Shown here: positions 1 through 8,800 of the stretch, in pieces
Layout of the letters: each line of letters begins with the position of its first letter
Numbering within the stretch: the first letter of the stretch is position 1
IMG/VR virus record: IMGVR_UViG_3300017782_000001
Reading direction: 5' to 3' (one strand)
DNA length: 64,000 nt
Source of the DNA: a virus
Made by a program: the position numbers and the translations under genes
The notes under the pieces: generated by a model
The model's database searches: none
What the model was told of the DNA's origin: nothing
Seen by the model: the letters and a program-made list of their open reading frames with translations, nothing else

Positions 1-591
1 AACATGCAGATAACTCGATAGCATGTACTTATTCTTCTTTGTTACAGGCCAGCCGCGATGCGGAAACATCCACCACGGAGGGAAGATCACCAAGCGACCA
101 GCCTTCGGTTCAATCTTCCAACTAGAAGAAAGGTCTGGATCAAACTCTGTCCACCCCTCATTCTCATTCGTTGAGAGATAGATGAACATAGCGAGCTCTC
201 GTTTACATGTATCTACTTTTGAAGAATCAACGTGAGTATCGAAACGATCTGTACCATTAGCTAAATAGCGTTTAATTCTTAAAGACTCGAGATACTCAGG
301 TACATTGATATGTGTACCGGCATCTCCAAGATCTTCCGCATAAGCATCAACCGTATTTTGGAAAAGGATTGTGAGCTTATTAAAGAGCGGATGATCTGGA
401 GTGTCGGTATTCATATTGACCTGATGCCAGTTAGGATAACCTCTACGTTCCATTCGGTGTTTATCAGTAATAGTCGAGTCGCAAAGATCGATCAGAGTAT
501 TACAATCCTCTAGAGGGAGCACGTCGTCCACAACTCTAACGTACCTCTCGAGCAGTAATTTTCGCGTGAGAATTTTTTTTTCTAAGTCCAT
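1..591 (-). CDS. 2OG-Fe(II) oxygenase (3' end runs off window)
   Basis: Not in ORF track; my translation from ATG at 591 gives MDLEKK...RFDTHVD...IEPKAGRLVIFPPWWMFPHRG...KYMLSSYLHV, with the HxD...H triad of phage prolyl-hydroxylase-like enzymes. Confidence 0.85.
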   Translation of the reverse strand, partial: MDLEKKILTRKLLLERYVRVVDDVLPLEDCNTLIDLCDSTITDKHRMERRGYPNWHQVNMNTDTPDHPLFNKLTILFQNTVDAYAEDLGDAGTHINVPEYLESLRIKRYLANGTDRFDTHVDSSKVDTCKRELAMFIYLSTNENEGWTEFDPDLSSSWKIEPKAGRLVIFPPWWMFPHRGWPVTKKNKYMLSSYLHV

Positions 592-695
592 AGGGAAACC
601 TTTTCTCGCATTCTGATACTCTCTAAAAATAGCCACGACCCCTAAAGCACCGGTCCAGCTATCCAGTCATTACGTTCTATTACTAGTGGGGTGGT

Positions 696-794
696 CTATA
701 GCTTAGTAGCTATACACTCCTGTACAGTCCCGAAGAATTCAGGAAACAGGTACATCGCACCAACACCTAGTATAATACCAATGATAATATTCAT
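696..794 (-). CDS. small membrane protein (32 aa)
   Basis: Manual translation MNIIIGIILGVGAMYLFPEFFGTVQECIATKL; starts 2 nt after upstream stop. Confidence 0.55.
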   Translation of the reverse strand: MNIIIGIILGVGAMYLFPEFFGTVQECIATKL

Positions 795-796
795 GA

Positions 797-1063
797 TTAG
801 TTCCAACCTTCTTCAGATTCGTAATTCTTTTGATCAGCAAGACGATCACCATAGTGCTCAGCGAGATACTTCTCACCATCTGTATAGTGATTGTGGTTCT
901 CATCAAGAGATGTAAGATAAGCGTCATTGCCTGCAGCCTTACGACTACGCTCTGTGGTGTTGCTCCATTTGCGAGCATCCATAGCAGCCTTGTTAGCACG
1001 CTTCTTAGCTACGAACCGAATGAGTTCTAATCTATCGGCCATTTGTTTTTCAGTCATTTTCAT
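797..1063 (-). CDS. hypothetical early protein
   Basis: ORF directly behind early promoter and conserved leader/RBS. Confidence 0.75.
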   Translation of the reverse strand: MKMTEKQMADRLELIRFVAKKRANKAAMDARKWSNTTERSRKAAGNDAYLTSLDENHNHYTDGEKYLAEHYGDRLADQKNYESEEGWN

Positions 1064-1069
1064 AATGTA

Positions 1070-1140
1070 TTTCCTTTTCCATTTTATAGATCTATTCTAC
1101 CATAGTTTGTACCGATTGTACAGGAAAAAGTGCAATTAAA
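1070..1140 (-). promoter_or_regulatory. early promoter, class I (conserved leader + upstream TGCA)
   Basis: TGTACA-17-TAGAAT with TG extension, then AGATCTATAAAATGGAAAAGGAAA. Confidence 0.8.
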
Positions 1141-1210
1141 TATCCTTTGTTTTCAATGGCTTGTGATTTTTTTTAATAATAGTATATCCCTGCCCCTCAC
1201 TACCTCTATT

Positions 1211-1240
1211 ATTATACCATAGAATGCCCTCTGTGTACAC
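1211..1240 (-). promoter_or_regulatory. early promoter
   Basis: GTGTACA-17-TATAAT with TGG extension. Confidence 0.75.
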
Positions 1241-1309
1241 TACTTTATTTCTTTTTTGCTCTCAGTGCGGTCAGTAGGTCCACTGTGTCCATCCCTTTCC
1301 GAACGGTAT

Positions 1310-1981
1310 TCACCGAATTTCGAGTACTTTTGCTATACAGGAGCCTATGCACGGTCTGTATATGTAACCACTCTGTTCTATAGCTCGATGGACTTCAGAG
1401 TCAAGCCAATAGTTGTTTACATCTTGAATGTATTTCTCGTTAGTGTCATGTGAGAGTATTTCATCTATTTCTGGATGCTGATATGCTATTGGCCAATCGA
1501 GATCATGTTTTAGCTGTTCTAGATAGCTATGCTTATACAAATAGAGTAGCTCTAGACTAATAAATGTACGGTTATGTAGATGTTGAAAGGCATCGAGAGC
1601 CATTGGTGTAGTATGTTTCTTCCTTACTCGTTGCTGTTGATACTGCAATATGTTACTATCTCTACCTAGTATAGCAACAGATACTTCACAATATTGACTA
1701 GCAATTTCAATAAACTTTTCATATTTTGGTATATGAGGCTGTTTATTGTTAACGTAAGGGCAACTAATCGATGTTACGTAGTGTTCTTTTTGTGTCCAAT
1801 CAAACTCGTGTAGTAGCTCTGGATCAGTCCAATACTTTGCAAATGGTTCATGATGATGTCCTTCCCAATATGTATTGAGTAGGCTTTTCCATCCGAACAC
1901 CTTGTCGTGAAGTGCAAATATTTTACTGAAGAGATGATTGCCGCTGCCTTGCGGACCAGTGAGTATGAGTAGTCTTGCCAT
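1310..1981 (-). CDS. P-loop/sulfotransferase-like protein
   Basis: N-terminal LILTGPQGSGNH loop. Confidence 0.5.
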   Translation of the reverse strand: MARLLILTGPQGSGNHLFSKIFALHDKVFGWKSLLNTYWEGHHHEPFAKYWTDPELLHEFDWTQKEHYVTSISCPYVNNKQPHIPKYEKFIEIASQYCEVSVAILGRDSNILQYQQQRVRKKHTTPMALDAFQHLHNRTFISLELLYLYKHSYLEQLKHDLDWPIAYQHPEIDEILSHDTNEKYIQDVNNYWLDSEVHRAIEQSGYIYRPCIGSCIAKVLEIR

Positions 1982-1984
1982 ATG

Positions 1985-2254
1985 TTACCAAGTCTTATGC
2001 ATAATTTCTATCTGAATAAAGCCGTCTTTTTTCGTCAAGCCTGCTACAGTACCGTGTAGAGCTGGATGTATTTGATTAAGATCTGTATTAATCTCGATCC
2101 AAGGGCCTCCGGGAGGATTATACATTTCAAGAACATTCCACTCAGATACTCTCGATTCGCCTATATCTAGACAACCTGTCCATATATAGCCTTCATCATT
2201 TTCTTCAAAGCCTTGTGTATCCTCATGACGATTTTTAACTGTTATTTTCTGCAT
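1985..2254 (-). CDS. hypothetical protein
   Basis: ORF tightly packed in operon. Confidence 0.65.
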   Translation of the reverse strand: MQKITVKNRHEDTQGFEENDEGYIWTGCLDIGESRVSEWNVLEMYNPPGGPWIEINTDLNQIHPALHGTVAGLTKKDGFIQIEIMHKTW

Positions 2255-2991
2255 TATATCTCGAATATGTTAAGTGGGTTGGCGTTTTCTAGTATTTCTC
2301 TAGTGCGGTCTGTCTTAAGACCAGTCATTTGTAGCACTGGCCTTGGATAACTACTGGCATTGGAAGTGCAGTGTGGAACATTCTTCCAGTCAAATACATG
2401 TACTTCTCCAGCACGCCACTTATCGTACATGCAGTTTCCATACATGTAAAAGTGTCCTGGTCGCCAATCATCTAACATGATAGTGATACGTACAACACGT
2501 TCTGGATCCTCTGGACATCTATCCCAAAGCTTGTCAATATGCATGTTAAACATTTGGCCGGTCATTTGTACATGTGCTTGCCACTTTACCAAGCTTACAC
2601 CGTCTGATGTTAGCTGAAAGTAATCCATCATTTTATAGAATGTAGGATATTGATCCCATATGCCAAAGCTATTCTTGTTAGTAAGCATTAATCCTTTTGG
2701 ATCGCCGCCTGCCTGAGCAATATCATACTCTTCTTGAGTAAGCATTTCAGGATCTTTTTTCTTTTCAGCAAAGTGTTTACGTGTTGCCCAGTTCACAGGA
2801 TGACATGATTGTACAAGTCGATCACGTTCTTCTTTCCAATCGCCTTCAAACCTGCCTATTACATCAAAGTAATCGCCAGGCTTGTCCTGTATTTTATCAT
2901 CAAAGTGATAGTCGCTATGTGCAACTGTCCAGTCCCAACTACTAGCATAGTTGTCTGGATTTTCTAAGGTTTTGTTCATTCCATCATCCAT
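2254..2991 (-). CDS. 2OG-Fe(II)/Asp-beta-hydroxylase-like dioxygenase
   Basis: MHID...W.AG.V..FDW...PH.T.N...R motif. Confidence 0.65.
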   Translation of the reverse strand: MDDGMNKTLENPDNYASSWDWTVAHSDYHFDDKIQDKPGDYFDVIGRFEGDWKEERDRLVQSCHPVNWATRKHFAEKKKDPEMLTQEEYDIAQAGGDPKGLMLTNKNSFGIWDQYPTFYKMMDYFQLTSDGVSLVKWQAHVQMTGQMFNMHIDKLWDRCPEDPERVVRITIMLDDWRPGHFYMYGNCMYDKWRAGEVHVFDWKNVPHCTSNASSYPRPVLQMTGLKTDRTREILENANPLNIFEI

Positions 2992-3413
2992 GTGTAAAAG
3001 ATATGATTTCCGTAACTAGCTGTTGGTCTCTTAGATTGTGCCCACCCTGGTGTTACATAGTCAGCATGATACCAGAGAGCGCCATCAACAAGATCGTCCA
3101 TAGTACCACTATATACCCCCCAAGATAGCATCCGTGCCTTCTCGTAAGCCTCTAAATCCTTTGGATTATCGGACTTTCCATCACAATACCAACTAAATTG
3201 ACACTTATGTCGTACTGGAATCATTTCACCAGTACCTTTCCAACTTGGTCGAGAAGGCCCTTGATATACTACTTCACATACATCATCAGGATAATCAGGA
3301 CTCTCAACACGATTCATTACAACTTGAGATACTGCAATCTGTCCTTTTGTAGGCTGATTGCGAGCTTCAAAATAGATGTTAAGGGCTAAGCATGTAATCG
3401 CTTCAAATACCAT
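2976..3413 (-). CDS. SleB-like cell wall hydrolase (Hydrolase_2)
   Basis: CLALNIYFEAR, V.NRV, CQFSWYCDG, YHADYV, GNHIFY. Confidence 0.92.
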   Translation of the reverse strand: MVFEAITCLALNIYFEARNQPTKGQIAVSQVVMNRVESPDYPDDVCEVVYQGPSRPSWKGTGEMIPVRHKCQFSWYCDGKSDNPKDLEAYEKARMLSWGVYSGTMDDLVDGALWYHADYVTPGWAQSKRPTASYGNHIFYTWMME

Positions 3414-3414
3414 G

Positions 3415-3792
3415 TTAGCCTCTCCTCATTCTAGCTATTTCTTCAGCGGCTGCTTGTGAGCTGATGGGGACAGCATTGGATTTATGCATTTGTCCAATAC
3501 CTTTAATAAGGGTTCCTGTGTATTGATTTGAGGATCTTTTGAGGCATGCACCAGGGATGACATCTGACGTCGGGATCGTGCTGCGGCGCGTTGTGGGATC
3601 GATGGACGGTACATATGGCTTCTTTTCTTTCTTTTGCTGCTTAATTTGAGTTGGATGAGCACCCATCTTACGTAACCAAGCATCATGCTTAGCCTGAGCA
3701 GCTTCCCAACCGGGCTTACGATTAGTCTTACGCTTCTTAGAATTAAGGCTTGTCATGCCTCTTACCAAATGCATCGTCATATTATACTCCAT
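3415..3792 (-). CDS. conserved phage hypothetical protein
   Basis: C-terminal YTGTLIKGIGQMHKSNAVPI; GGAG RBS; own promoter. Confidence 0.75.
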   Translation of the reverse strand: MEYNMTMHLVRGMTSLNSKKRKTNRKPGWEAAQAKHDAWLRKMGAHPTQIKQQKKEKKPYVPSIDPTTRRSTIPTSDVIPGACLKRSSNQYTGTLIKGIGQMHKSNAVPISSQAAAEEIARMRRG

Positions 3793-3810
3793 TATTCATT
3801 TTATAAGTAT

Positions 3811-3840
3811 ATTATATCACAATATCTGCTGGTTGTACAC
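3811..3840 (-). promoter_or_regulatory. early promoter
   Basis: GTGTACA-17-TATAAT. Confidence 0.7.
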
Positions 3841-4675
3841 CGTTTTTTCTCTTTTCTACCTCTTTTTTTACATCAATACGCTGGCCGGTTTCATAATCAT
3901 ATTGGAGATCCCAGTACTTTTTATGCTTTGTGTTAATACTTGTTGCTTCACGTTCGGTCTGATAAATGTCTTTAGAAAATCCAGATGTCAAATCAAGGTC
4001 TTTACCTAGCTGTATAGAGGCCATAATCTTACGTGCCATGATGTCATGATTTTCGAAACTAAGGTGATTAAGCCTTGGATCGACCTGATTATTACTACCC
4101 ATACACTTATTATATATCTTTTGACTACTGAATTCGTGGTAGCAAGGGATGCCTAAATTGCCTTTATTTTTAACGTATGGTGAATACGTATATGATTCAC
4201 TGTCCTCAAAGCCAGGTATAATAAAGGCTTTAGCTACATTCTTTTGCATGCAATTGAATGCAATAGTCTGACTGATAGTGTCAAGCGAGATTAAGCTAGT
4301 TATAGGATTTTCTAAATACTTTACATATTCGGCTATTGCATTAACTTCTTCTTGCTGTAATACTCTTTGCAAGCCTTGCATTCCTATATTTGCAAACTCT
4401 GGTAAATGCTCAAAGAACCACTTACGAAAAGGTGAAGTCGTAACTACTATAACATAGTCGCCTTCATTTATCCTATCAAGATTTTGTTTCCATCGATCAT
4501 ATATGAATTCATTAGAAGTACCGGCTTTGCCGTGCATATGCATTTCGTCTACATTTAATGCAGTTGCAACCTGTGCATACCAAGCTGCATGTGCTTCGCC
4601 CTTTTTGACTAGTTCAAGATAATCTTGATGAGGAGCTTCTACATAGGAGTCTCCATACACGTGTAGTTTAGGCAT
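3812..4675 (-). CDS. SGNH/GDSL-hydrolase-like protein
   Basis: VYGDSY block I, G.SN block II, late NHLS. Confidence 0.55.
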   Translation of the reverse strand: MPKLHVYGDSYVEAPHQDYLELVKKGEAHAAWYAQVATALNVDEMHMHGKAGTSNEFIYDRWKQNLDRINEGDYVIVVTTSPFRKWFFEHLPEFANIGMQGLQRVLQQEEVNAIAEYVKYLENPITSLISLDTISQTIAFNCMQKNVAKAFIIPGFEDSESYTYSPYVKNKGNLGIPCYHEFSSQKIYNKCMGSNNQVDPRLNHLSFENHDIMARKIMASIQLGKDLDLTSGFSKDIYQTEREATSINTKHKKYWDLQYDYETGQRIDVKKEVEKRKNGVQPADIVI

Positions 4676-4797
4676 TATTCGTCTCTTTCGTAAATAAAGG
4701 GATCTGCTTCGCGCATAGCTTTAGCTCTTTTACGATAAGCTATTTCCTTATTTATCTTCCAAAGAATCTTCCAAATTTTTTTACGCAACCACTGCAT
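4675..4797 (-). CDS. small basic protein (40 aa, ends DPFIYERDE)
   Basis: ATG at 4797 with GGAG RBS; TAATG coupling to next gene; longer ORF-track start overlaps tRNA. Confidence 0.65.
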   Translation of the reverse strand: MQWLRKKIWKILWKINKEIAYRKRAKAMREADPFIYERDE

Positions 4798-4813
4798 ACT
4801 TTGCTCCAAATAA

Positions 4814-4891
4814 TGGTCGGAGTGGTAGGATTCGAACCTACGATCTCTACGTCCCAAACGTAGCGCTTTAGCCAGGCTAAGCTACACTCCG
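4814..4891 (-). tRNA. tRNA-Pro(UGG)
   Basis: CGGAGTG acceptor, CTACG-TTTGGGA-CGTAG anticodon arm, GGTTCGAATCC T-arm, encoded CCA. Confidence 0.95.
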
Positions 4892-4988
4892 GCAGGTGGG
4901 TCTTTCTTGTGAAGGCGCCCTATAATTTCCTGCCAACGTCTTGTTTATAGTCGTTATTGGCCTAACCGCGTTATACCGCTCGACTTTT

Positions 4989-5066
4989 TGGCCCGTCCTG
5001 TAGGACTCGAACCTACGACCTACAGCTTAGAAGGCTGTTGCTCTAATCCAGCTGAGCTAAGGACGG
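4989..5066 (-). tRNA. tRNA-Arg(UCU)
   Basis: CCGTCCT/AGGACGG acceptor, ACAGC-CTTCTAA-GCTGT anticodon arm, GGTTCGAGTCC, encoded CCA. Confidence 0.95.
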
Positions 5067-5239
5067 ATCTTTTGGAGCTTTTGGGCTAGCTCCTCTATCT
5101 CCTGATCTAAGCCTTCTAAAGGATTGTCATGCCACTCAGACCTATTGGTCCTTTCAACAAGATCACCAGCATCAGGCTCAATCATATCGCTATCAACATA
5201 TTGAGTAGCGCCAGATTTAATAGCATTACGCTTTACCAT
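5057..5239 (-). CDS. hypothetical protein
   Basis: ORF in operon; last codons overlap tRNA-Arg 5' end. Confidence 0.55.
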   Translation of the reverse strand: MVKRNAIKSGATQYVDSDMIEPDAGDLVERTNRSEWHDNPLEGLDQEIEELAQKLQKIRP

Positions 5240-5412
5240 GTAAGTGGCTCACTAGTGTAGCTGTCATGATAGTCACCATTCGAATGAAACTTACGAGTCA
5301 CTGTTCTTTTATAGACACGCTTATTGTCTGCCACTACGTATGTTACAAACTCTTGTTGAATGACTCCATCGGTTGGAGCATCCATTGCAGTTTTCATTGG
5401 TCCTTCTTGCAT
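5233..5412 (-). CDS. hypothetical protein
   Basis: Start at 5412 (TAATG overlap) or 5397. Confidence 0.6.
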   Translation of the reverse strand: MQEGPMKTAMDAPTDGVIQQEFVTYVVADNKRVYKRTVTRKFHSNGDYHDSYTSEPLTW

Positions 5413-5687
5413 TATGCTGCCTCTAAAAGTGAGGCAGTCACATTCCAAACACCGTCTGATTCGGTCTTTACACGGATGTTCTTCTTAAGAACTTTGATAA
5501 TAGTGCCACTCATTGAGCCGCGTCTACCATTCCATTTTACTTTTTGACCAATGCTATAAGTCCTTGCAGCTGAATGTGCTTTAAGGTTACGAGCATCATT
5601 AAACATACGAGCAATTTCTTGCATTTGCTCATCAGATGCTTCTACAAACAAGGCTTGGATTTTTGACATTTGAGATTTATTTAACAT
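5412..5687 (-). CDS. hypothetical early protein (SH3/KOW-like C-terminus)
   Basis: Start MLNKS after conserved leader; GQKVKW...GTIIKV...W.V pattern. Confidence 0.7.
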   Translation of the reverse strand: MLNKSQMSKIQALFVEASDEQMQEIARMFNDARNLKAHSAARTYSIGQKVKWNGRRGSMSGTIIKVLKKNIRVKTESDGVWNVTASLLEAA

Positions 5688-5694
5688 GATTTTC

Positions 5695-5765
5695 TTTCCT
5701 TTTTCCATTTTATAGTACTATTATACCACAGTTCTTCTGAATTGTAAACCATTAAATGCACTTTT
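5695..5765 (-). promoter_or_regulatory. early promoter, class I
   Basis: GTTTACA-17-TATAAT, leader ATAAAATGGAAAAAGGAAAG, upstream TGCATTTAAT. Confidence 0.85.
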
Positions 5766-6951
5766 ATAGCACTTTTTTTAGTGCATCAACTAGATCATGC
5801 ATCATTGAATCTGTATGTAGAGGTGTAGGAGCTATCCTTAGCCTTTCCTCTCCTACAGGCACAGTAGGATAGTTGATTGGTTGAATGTATATGTTGTGAT
5901 CATTAAGTAGCATATCACTTATTTCTTTACACCGCACTGCATCTCGTACCATAACAGGAACAATATGAGTACATGCTGAATCGAGCACTTCGATGTTAAC
6001 TTCCTTTAACATACTCTTAAGCTTAAGTGCTCTTTCTTGGTGCTTTTCTCTTAAATTGTTATGATCCTTTAAGTACTTGATTGATGCAAGAGCCCCTGCA
6101 CATATAACAGGGCTACTGCTTGTGGTGAATATAAATCCACTAGCTACACTACGTATAGCATCTATTACCGTTCTATCTCCAGCAATATAACCACCTTGTA
6201 CACCATAGGCTTTACCTAATGTGCCGTTAATTATATCAACTCTAGTTTCACCTACCTTCTCAAGCATCCCCGCGCCTTGCTCGCCATATAACCCTACAGC
6301 ATGTACCTCATCAATGTACGTGACAGCGCTATATTTGTCCGCTAAGTTACATATTTCCACAATAGGTGATATATCACCATCCATACTATACACAGACTCA
6401 AATACAATGCAAGGAGTACTTCCTAAAGCTGCCTGCTCTTTTAACTCATATTCTAAATGACTTAGATTGTTATGTTGCCATATAATCTTATCAGCACCGC
6501 TGTGTTTGATGCCTGAAATAAGGGATGCATGGTTTTTGCTATCACTTAAGAATACAATGTCAGGAATGATTTGTTTTAGGCTTACTAAAGTCCATTCATT
6601 GGCGACATAAGCACTGGTGTATAATAGAGCTGACTCTTTGCTATGTAATTTTGCTAGCTCATGTTCTAATGCTACATGATAGTGACTTGTGCCGCCAATG
6701 TTTCTGGTGCCACCTGATCCACTTCCTGTTTGATCAAGCGCAGTATGCATCGCGTCTATAACAACCTTATGTTGACCCATACCAAGATAGTCATTAGAAC
6801 ACCAGTTTACTATGTTCTTAATGTTGTATGGGCCATACCAAATACTGTTAGGAAACTCTCCGCGCTCACGAACGATGTCGTTAAACACTCGATATTTACC
6901 TTCGTCTTTTAGACGTTGTACAGTATTTTCAAACGGTGTAAGGTTAATCAT
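5764..6951 (-). CDS. hemA: 5-aminolevulinate synthase
   Basis: [46 protein letters not shown] (PLP lysine), [18 protein letters not shown]. Confidence 0.95.
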   Translation of the reverse strand: MINLTPFENTVQRLKDEGKYRVFNDIVRERGEFPNSIWYGPYNIKNIVNWCSNDYLGMGQHKVVIDAMHTALDQTGSGSGGTRNIGGTSHYHVALEHELAKLHSKESALLYTSAYVANEWTLVSLKQIIPDIVFLSDSKNHASLISGIKHSGADKIIWQHNNLSHLEYELKEQAALGSTPCIVFESVYSMDGDISPIVEICNLADKYSAVTYIDEVHAVGLYGEQGAGMLEKVGETRVDIINGTLGKAYGVQGGYIAGDRTVIDAIRSVASGFIFTTSSSPVICAGALASIKYLKDHNNLREKHQERALKLKSMLKEVNIEVLDSACTHIVPVMVRDAVRCKEISDMLLNDHNIYIQPINYPTVPVGEERLRIAPTPLHTDSMMHDLVDALKKVL

Positions 6952-7126
6952 CTGCTCTCAACAAGTGTGCCATATCAATTTCTAGGCGTTTAATTTTGTC
7001 AGAGAGCTCGTGGATAAGAGTTCGGTCAGATCTATGGTCGATACCGAGTCTTTTGTCTTCTTCCTGAGACTTTCGTAGCATATAGTCGTAATAACTTTCT
7101 CTTTTTTCTGATTGTAGAGTTCCCAT
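6944..7126 (-). CDS. hypothetical protein
   Basis: AGGAGG RBS; overlaps hemA start. Confidence 0.65.
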   Translation of the reverse strand: MGTLQSEKRESYYDYMLRKSQEEDKRLGIDHRSDRTLIHELSDKIKRLEIDMAHLLRADD

Positions 7127-7467
7127 AATTCCTCCTGAAGTTTATACGCTTCTTGTTCATAAGGCCGGTCTAAATAGGGTAAAGTGTCATCCATCTCTAC
7201 CCTTCTCTCATACTGTCTAACATGAACCATTTCATGAAATACAGTTGTAATCAAGTCTGGATAGCTTTGTCCTTTTTTAACTTCAATCTCATACTCGCCT
7301 CCCGGTATGCCATGACAGTATCCGTCTGCATCTTTTAAGGATGTCAAATTAATAGTAACATCTAAATTTTGTTTACGAGGCATAAGTTTAGACAAAGCAA
7401 ACCAGAACGCATCCTCTACTTTGGAGCGCTCTGACTTTTTACCACCTGTAATATCCAACCAAATCAT
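6982..7467 (-). CDS. putative zinc metallopeptidase
   Basis: HEMVH (HExxH) plus downstream EQEAY; apparently leaderless. Confidence 0.7.
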   Translation of the reverse strand: MIWLDITGGKKSERSKVEDAFWFALSKLMPRKQNLDVTINLTSLKDADGYCHGIPGGEYEIEVKKGQSYPDLITTVFHEMVHVRQYERRVEMDDTLPYLDRPYEQEAYKLQEELWELYNQKKEKVITTICYESLRKKTKDSVSTIDLTELLSTSSLTKLNA

Positions 7468-7473
7468 AGTACT

Positions 7474-7503
7474 ATTATACCATACTATGACTAGATTGTA
7501 AAC
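7474..7503 (-). promoter_or_regulatory. early promoter (leaderless transcript)
   Basis: GTTTACA-17-TATAAT; ATG begins 6 nt after -10. Confidence 0.75.
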
Positions 7504-8096
7504 TACTTAGGGGTAATGATTTCAACATTTTCTGGTAATGTAATTTTAGGCTTGTCGTGTTTGTGATACACAAAGAATTGTGTTGATTTGAATTCTTTGA
7601 AAATACCTTCTGATATTGGCCTCCAATTGTTAGCCAATCTGTATGTATTTTCTGCATCTCTATTTGAAGGTAATACAAAGTCTGTTGTAGATATAAGATT
7701 AAAGTCGAAAATACTGTCGAATCCATATAAGTGAATCTCCTCAGCCTGCAGCTTATTTCCTGCGTAGTGAGTAGCCATGTGGCCACAGTTAAAGTCTGTA
7801 TAGTTTGACGCATATCTTGGTAAGTTCAAATAAAATTCTTTAATATTTTTAGCCGATTTTATATAAAAGTCTGAATGCATTTCAGTATATTTTTTAGGCC
7901 TAGCACCGCATACCCAGTCGTAACCAGAAAGATCAATCTCTCCTTTATGGATAGCTCTACACATCTTAAAGTCTACAATACATGTGGCATATACAAATGG
8001 AATTTCACGCGGTGGTAGATTACATGTAAGCTTTAATCCTTTTTGAGGAATGTAAAAGTTATGTGAATCACCGTTGCCTATAATATGGACTTTCAT
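7503..8096 (-). CDS. glycosyltransferase-like (sialyltransferase/MAF-like motifs)
   Basis: HIIGNGDS and IHLYGFD motifs. Confidence 0.5.
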   Translation of the reverse strand: MKVHIIGNGDSHNFYIPQKGLKLTCNLPPREIPFVYATCIVDFKMCRAIHKGEIDLSGYDWVCGARPKKYTEMHSDFYIKSAKNIKEFYLNLPRYASNYTDFNCGHMATHYAGNKLQAEEIHLYGFDSIFDFNLISTTDFVLPSNRDAENTYRLANNWRPISEGIFKEFKSTQFFVYHKHDKPKITLPENVEIITPK

Positions 8097-8800
8097 TTTT
8101 TCATTTGATCCCTGATCTCGTCTTTTCCTTTACCACCAGTCCAATGAATTGCTCTTAGATCTTTTGGTTTAGGCATTTTGTCTATAATCATCAATCGCAT
8201 AAAATTAAACTTTTGATGTAAATCTGTAATATATATTGCTTTCCTCAAAGGGTCCATCATAGCATGCAGTGTTTCTTGGTCACCTCTTTCAGGTTTTTCT
8301 TGTACTCTTTGAGCCCACTCATGTAAGATAGGTGGCTTTTCTCTAAAAGCTACAATACCACTATTATGCCAGTGTTGGCCAGTCCTCTTACTCCAAGGAG
8401 TATCTTCAACCATAGCCAACCTTTGTGGTTCAATGTAGTTAAAGATTTCAGTCATGTCACCTATTACTTGAAAGTCCGTGTCAATCCAACATACCTCTTT
8501 ATAAGGTGTACCAAGCATTGCACTTGGCTTAAAAAACCAGCCTTGAGTATTTGTTGATTTATCCATTTGGCCAATAGAATGAAACATCTTTGATGCTACT
8601 GCCCATTCCATCATTTCATCACTCATACCAAAATCAGCAAGTGATATTTTAGCATCAGGGTTATGCTTCTTAAAGCCTTCCATAAACCAAGGCAACATCC
8701 ATTCTGTATTCTTATCACATCCTGTTAAGAAGGCTCTATCAAATTCAGACAATTTTATAATCCTCATTATAATTGTGTTTAGCCAAACAGCCTCTTTCAA
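8093..8800 (-). CDS. GT-A glycosyltransferase (GT8-like)
   Basis: WFFKP, WIDTD, NSG, GDQE, IHWTG..K; true start probably ~8750. Confidence 0.75.
   Translation of the reverse strand: MKEAVWLNTIIMRIIKLSEFDRAFLTGCDKNTEWMLPWFMEGFKKHNPDAKISLADFGMSDEMMEWAVASKMFHSIGQMDKSTNTQGWFFKPSAMLGTPYKEVCWIDTDFQVIGDMTEIFNYIEPQRLAMVEDTPWSKRTGQHWHNSGIVAFREKPPILHEWAQRVQEKPERGDQETLHAMMDPLRKAIYITDLHQKFNFMRLMIIDKMPKPKDLRAIHWTGGKGKDEIRDQMKK

Noticed and set aside
310-513. Plus-strand 67-aa ORF and the many other short plus-strand ORFs in the track
   Set aside because: Antisense shadows of well-supported minus-strand genes; no RBS or motifs
4798-4857. N-terminal extension of ORF 4675-4857
   Set aside because: Overlaps tRNA-Pro; a better start with GGAG RBS is at 4797
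5688-5708. ATG inside the conserved leader (ATGGAAAAG) as a start codon giving MEK... extensions
   Set aside because: In frame at only some cassettes (5708, 35017) and out of frame at others (e.g. 1070), so the motif is conserved as RNA/DNA rather than as peptide
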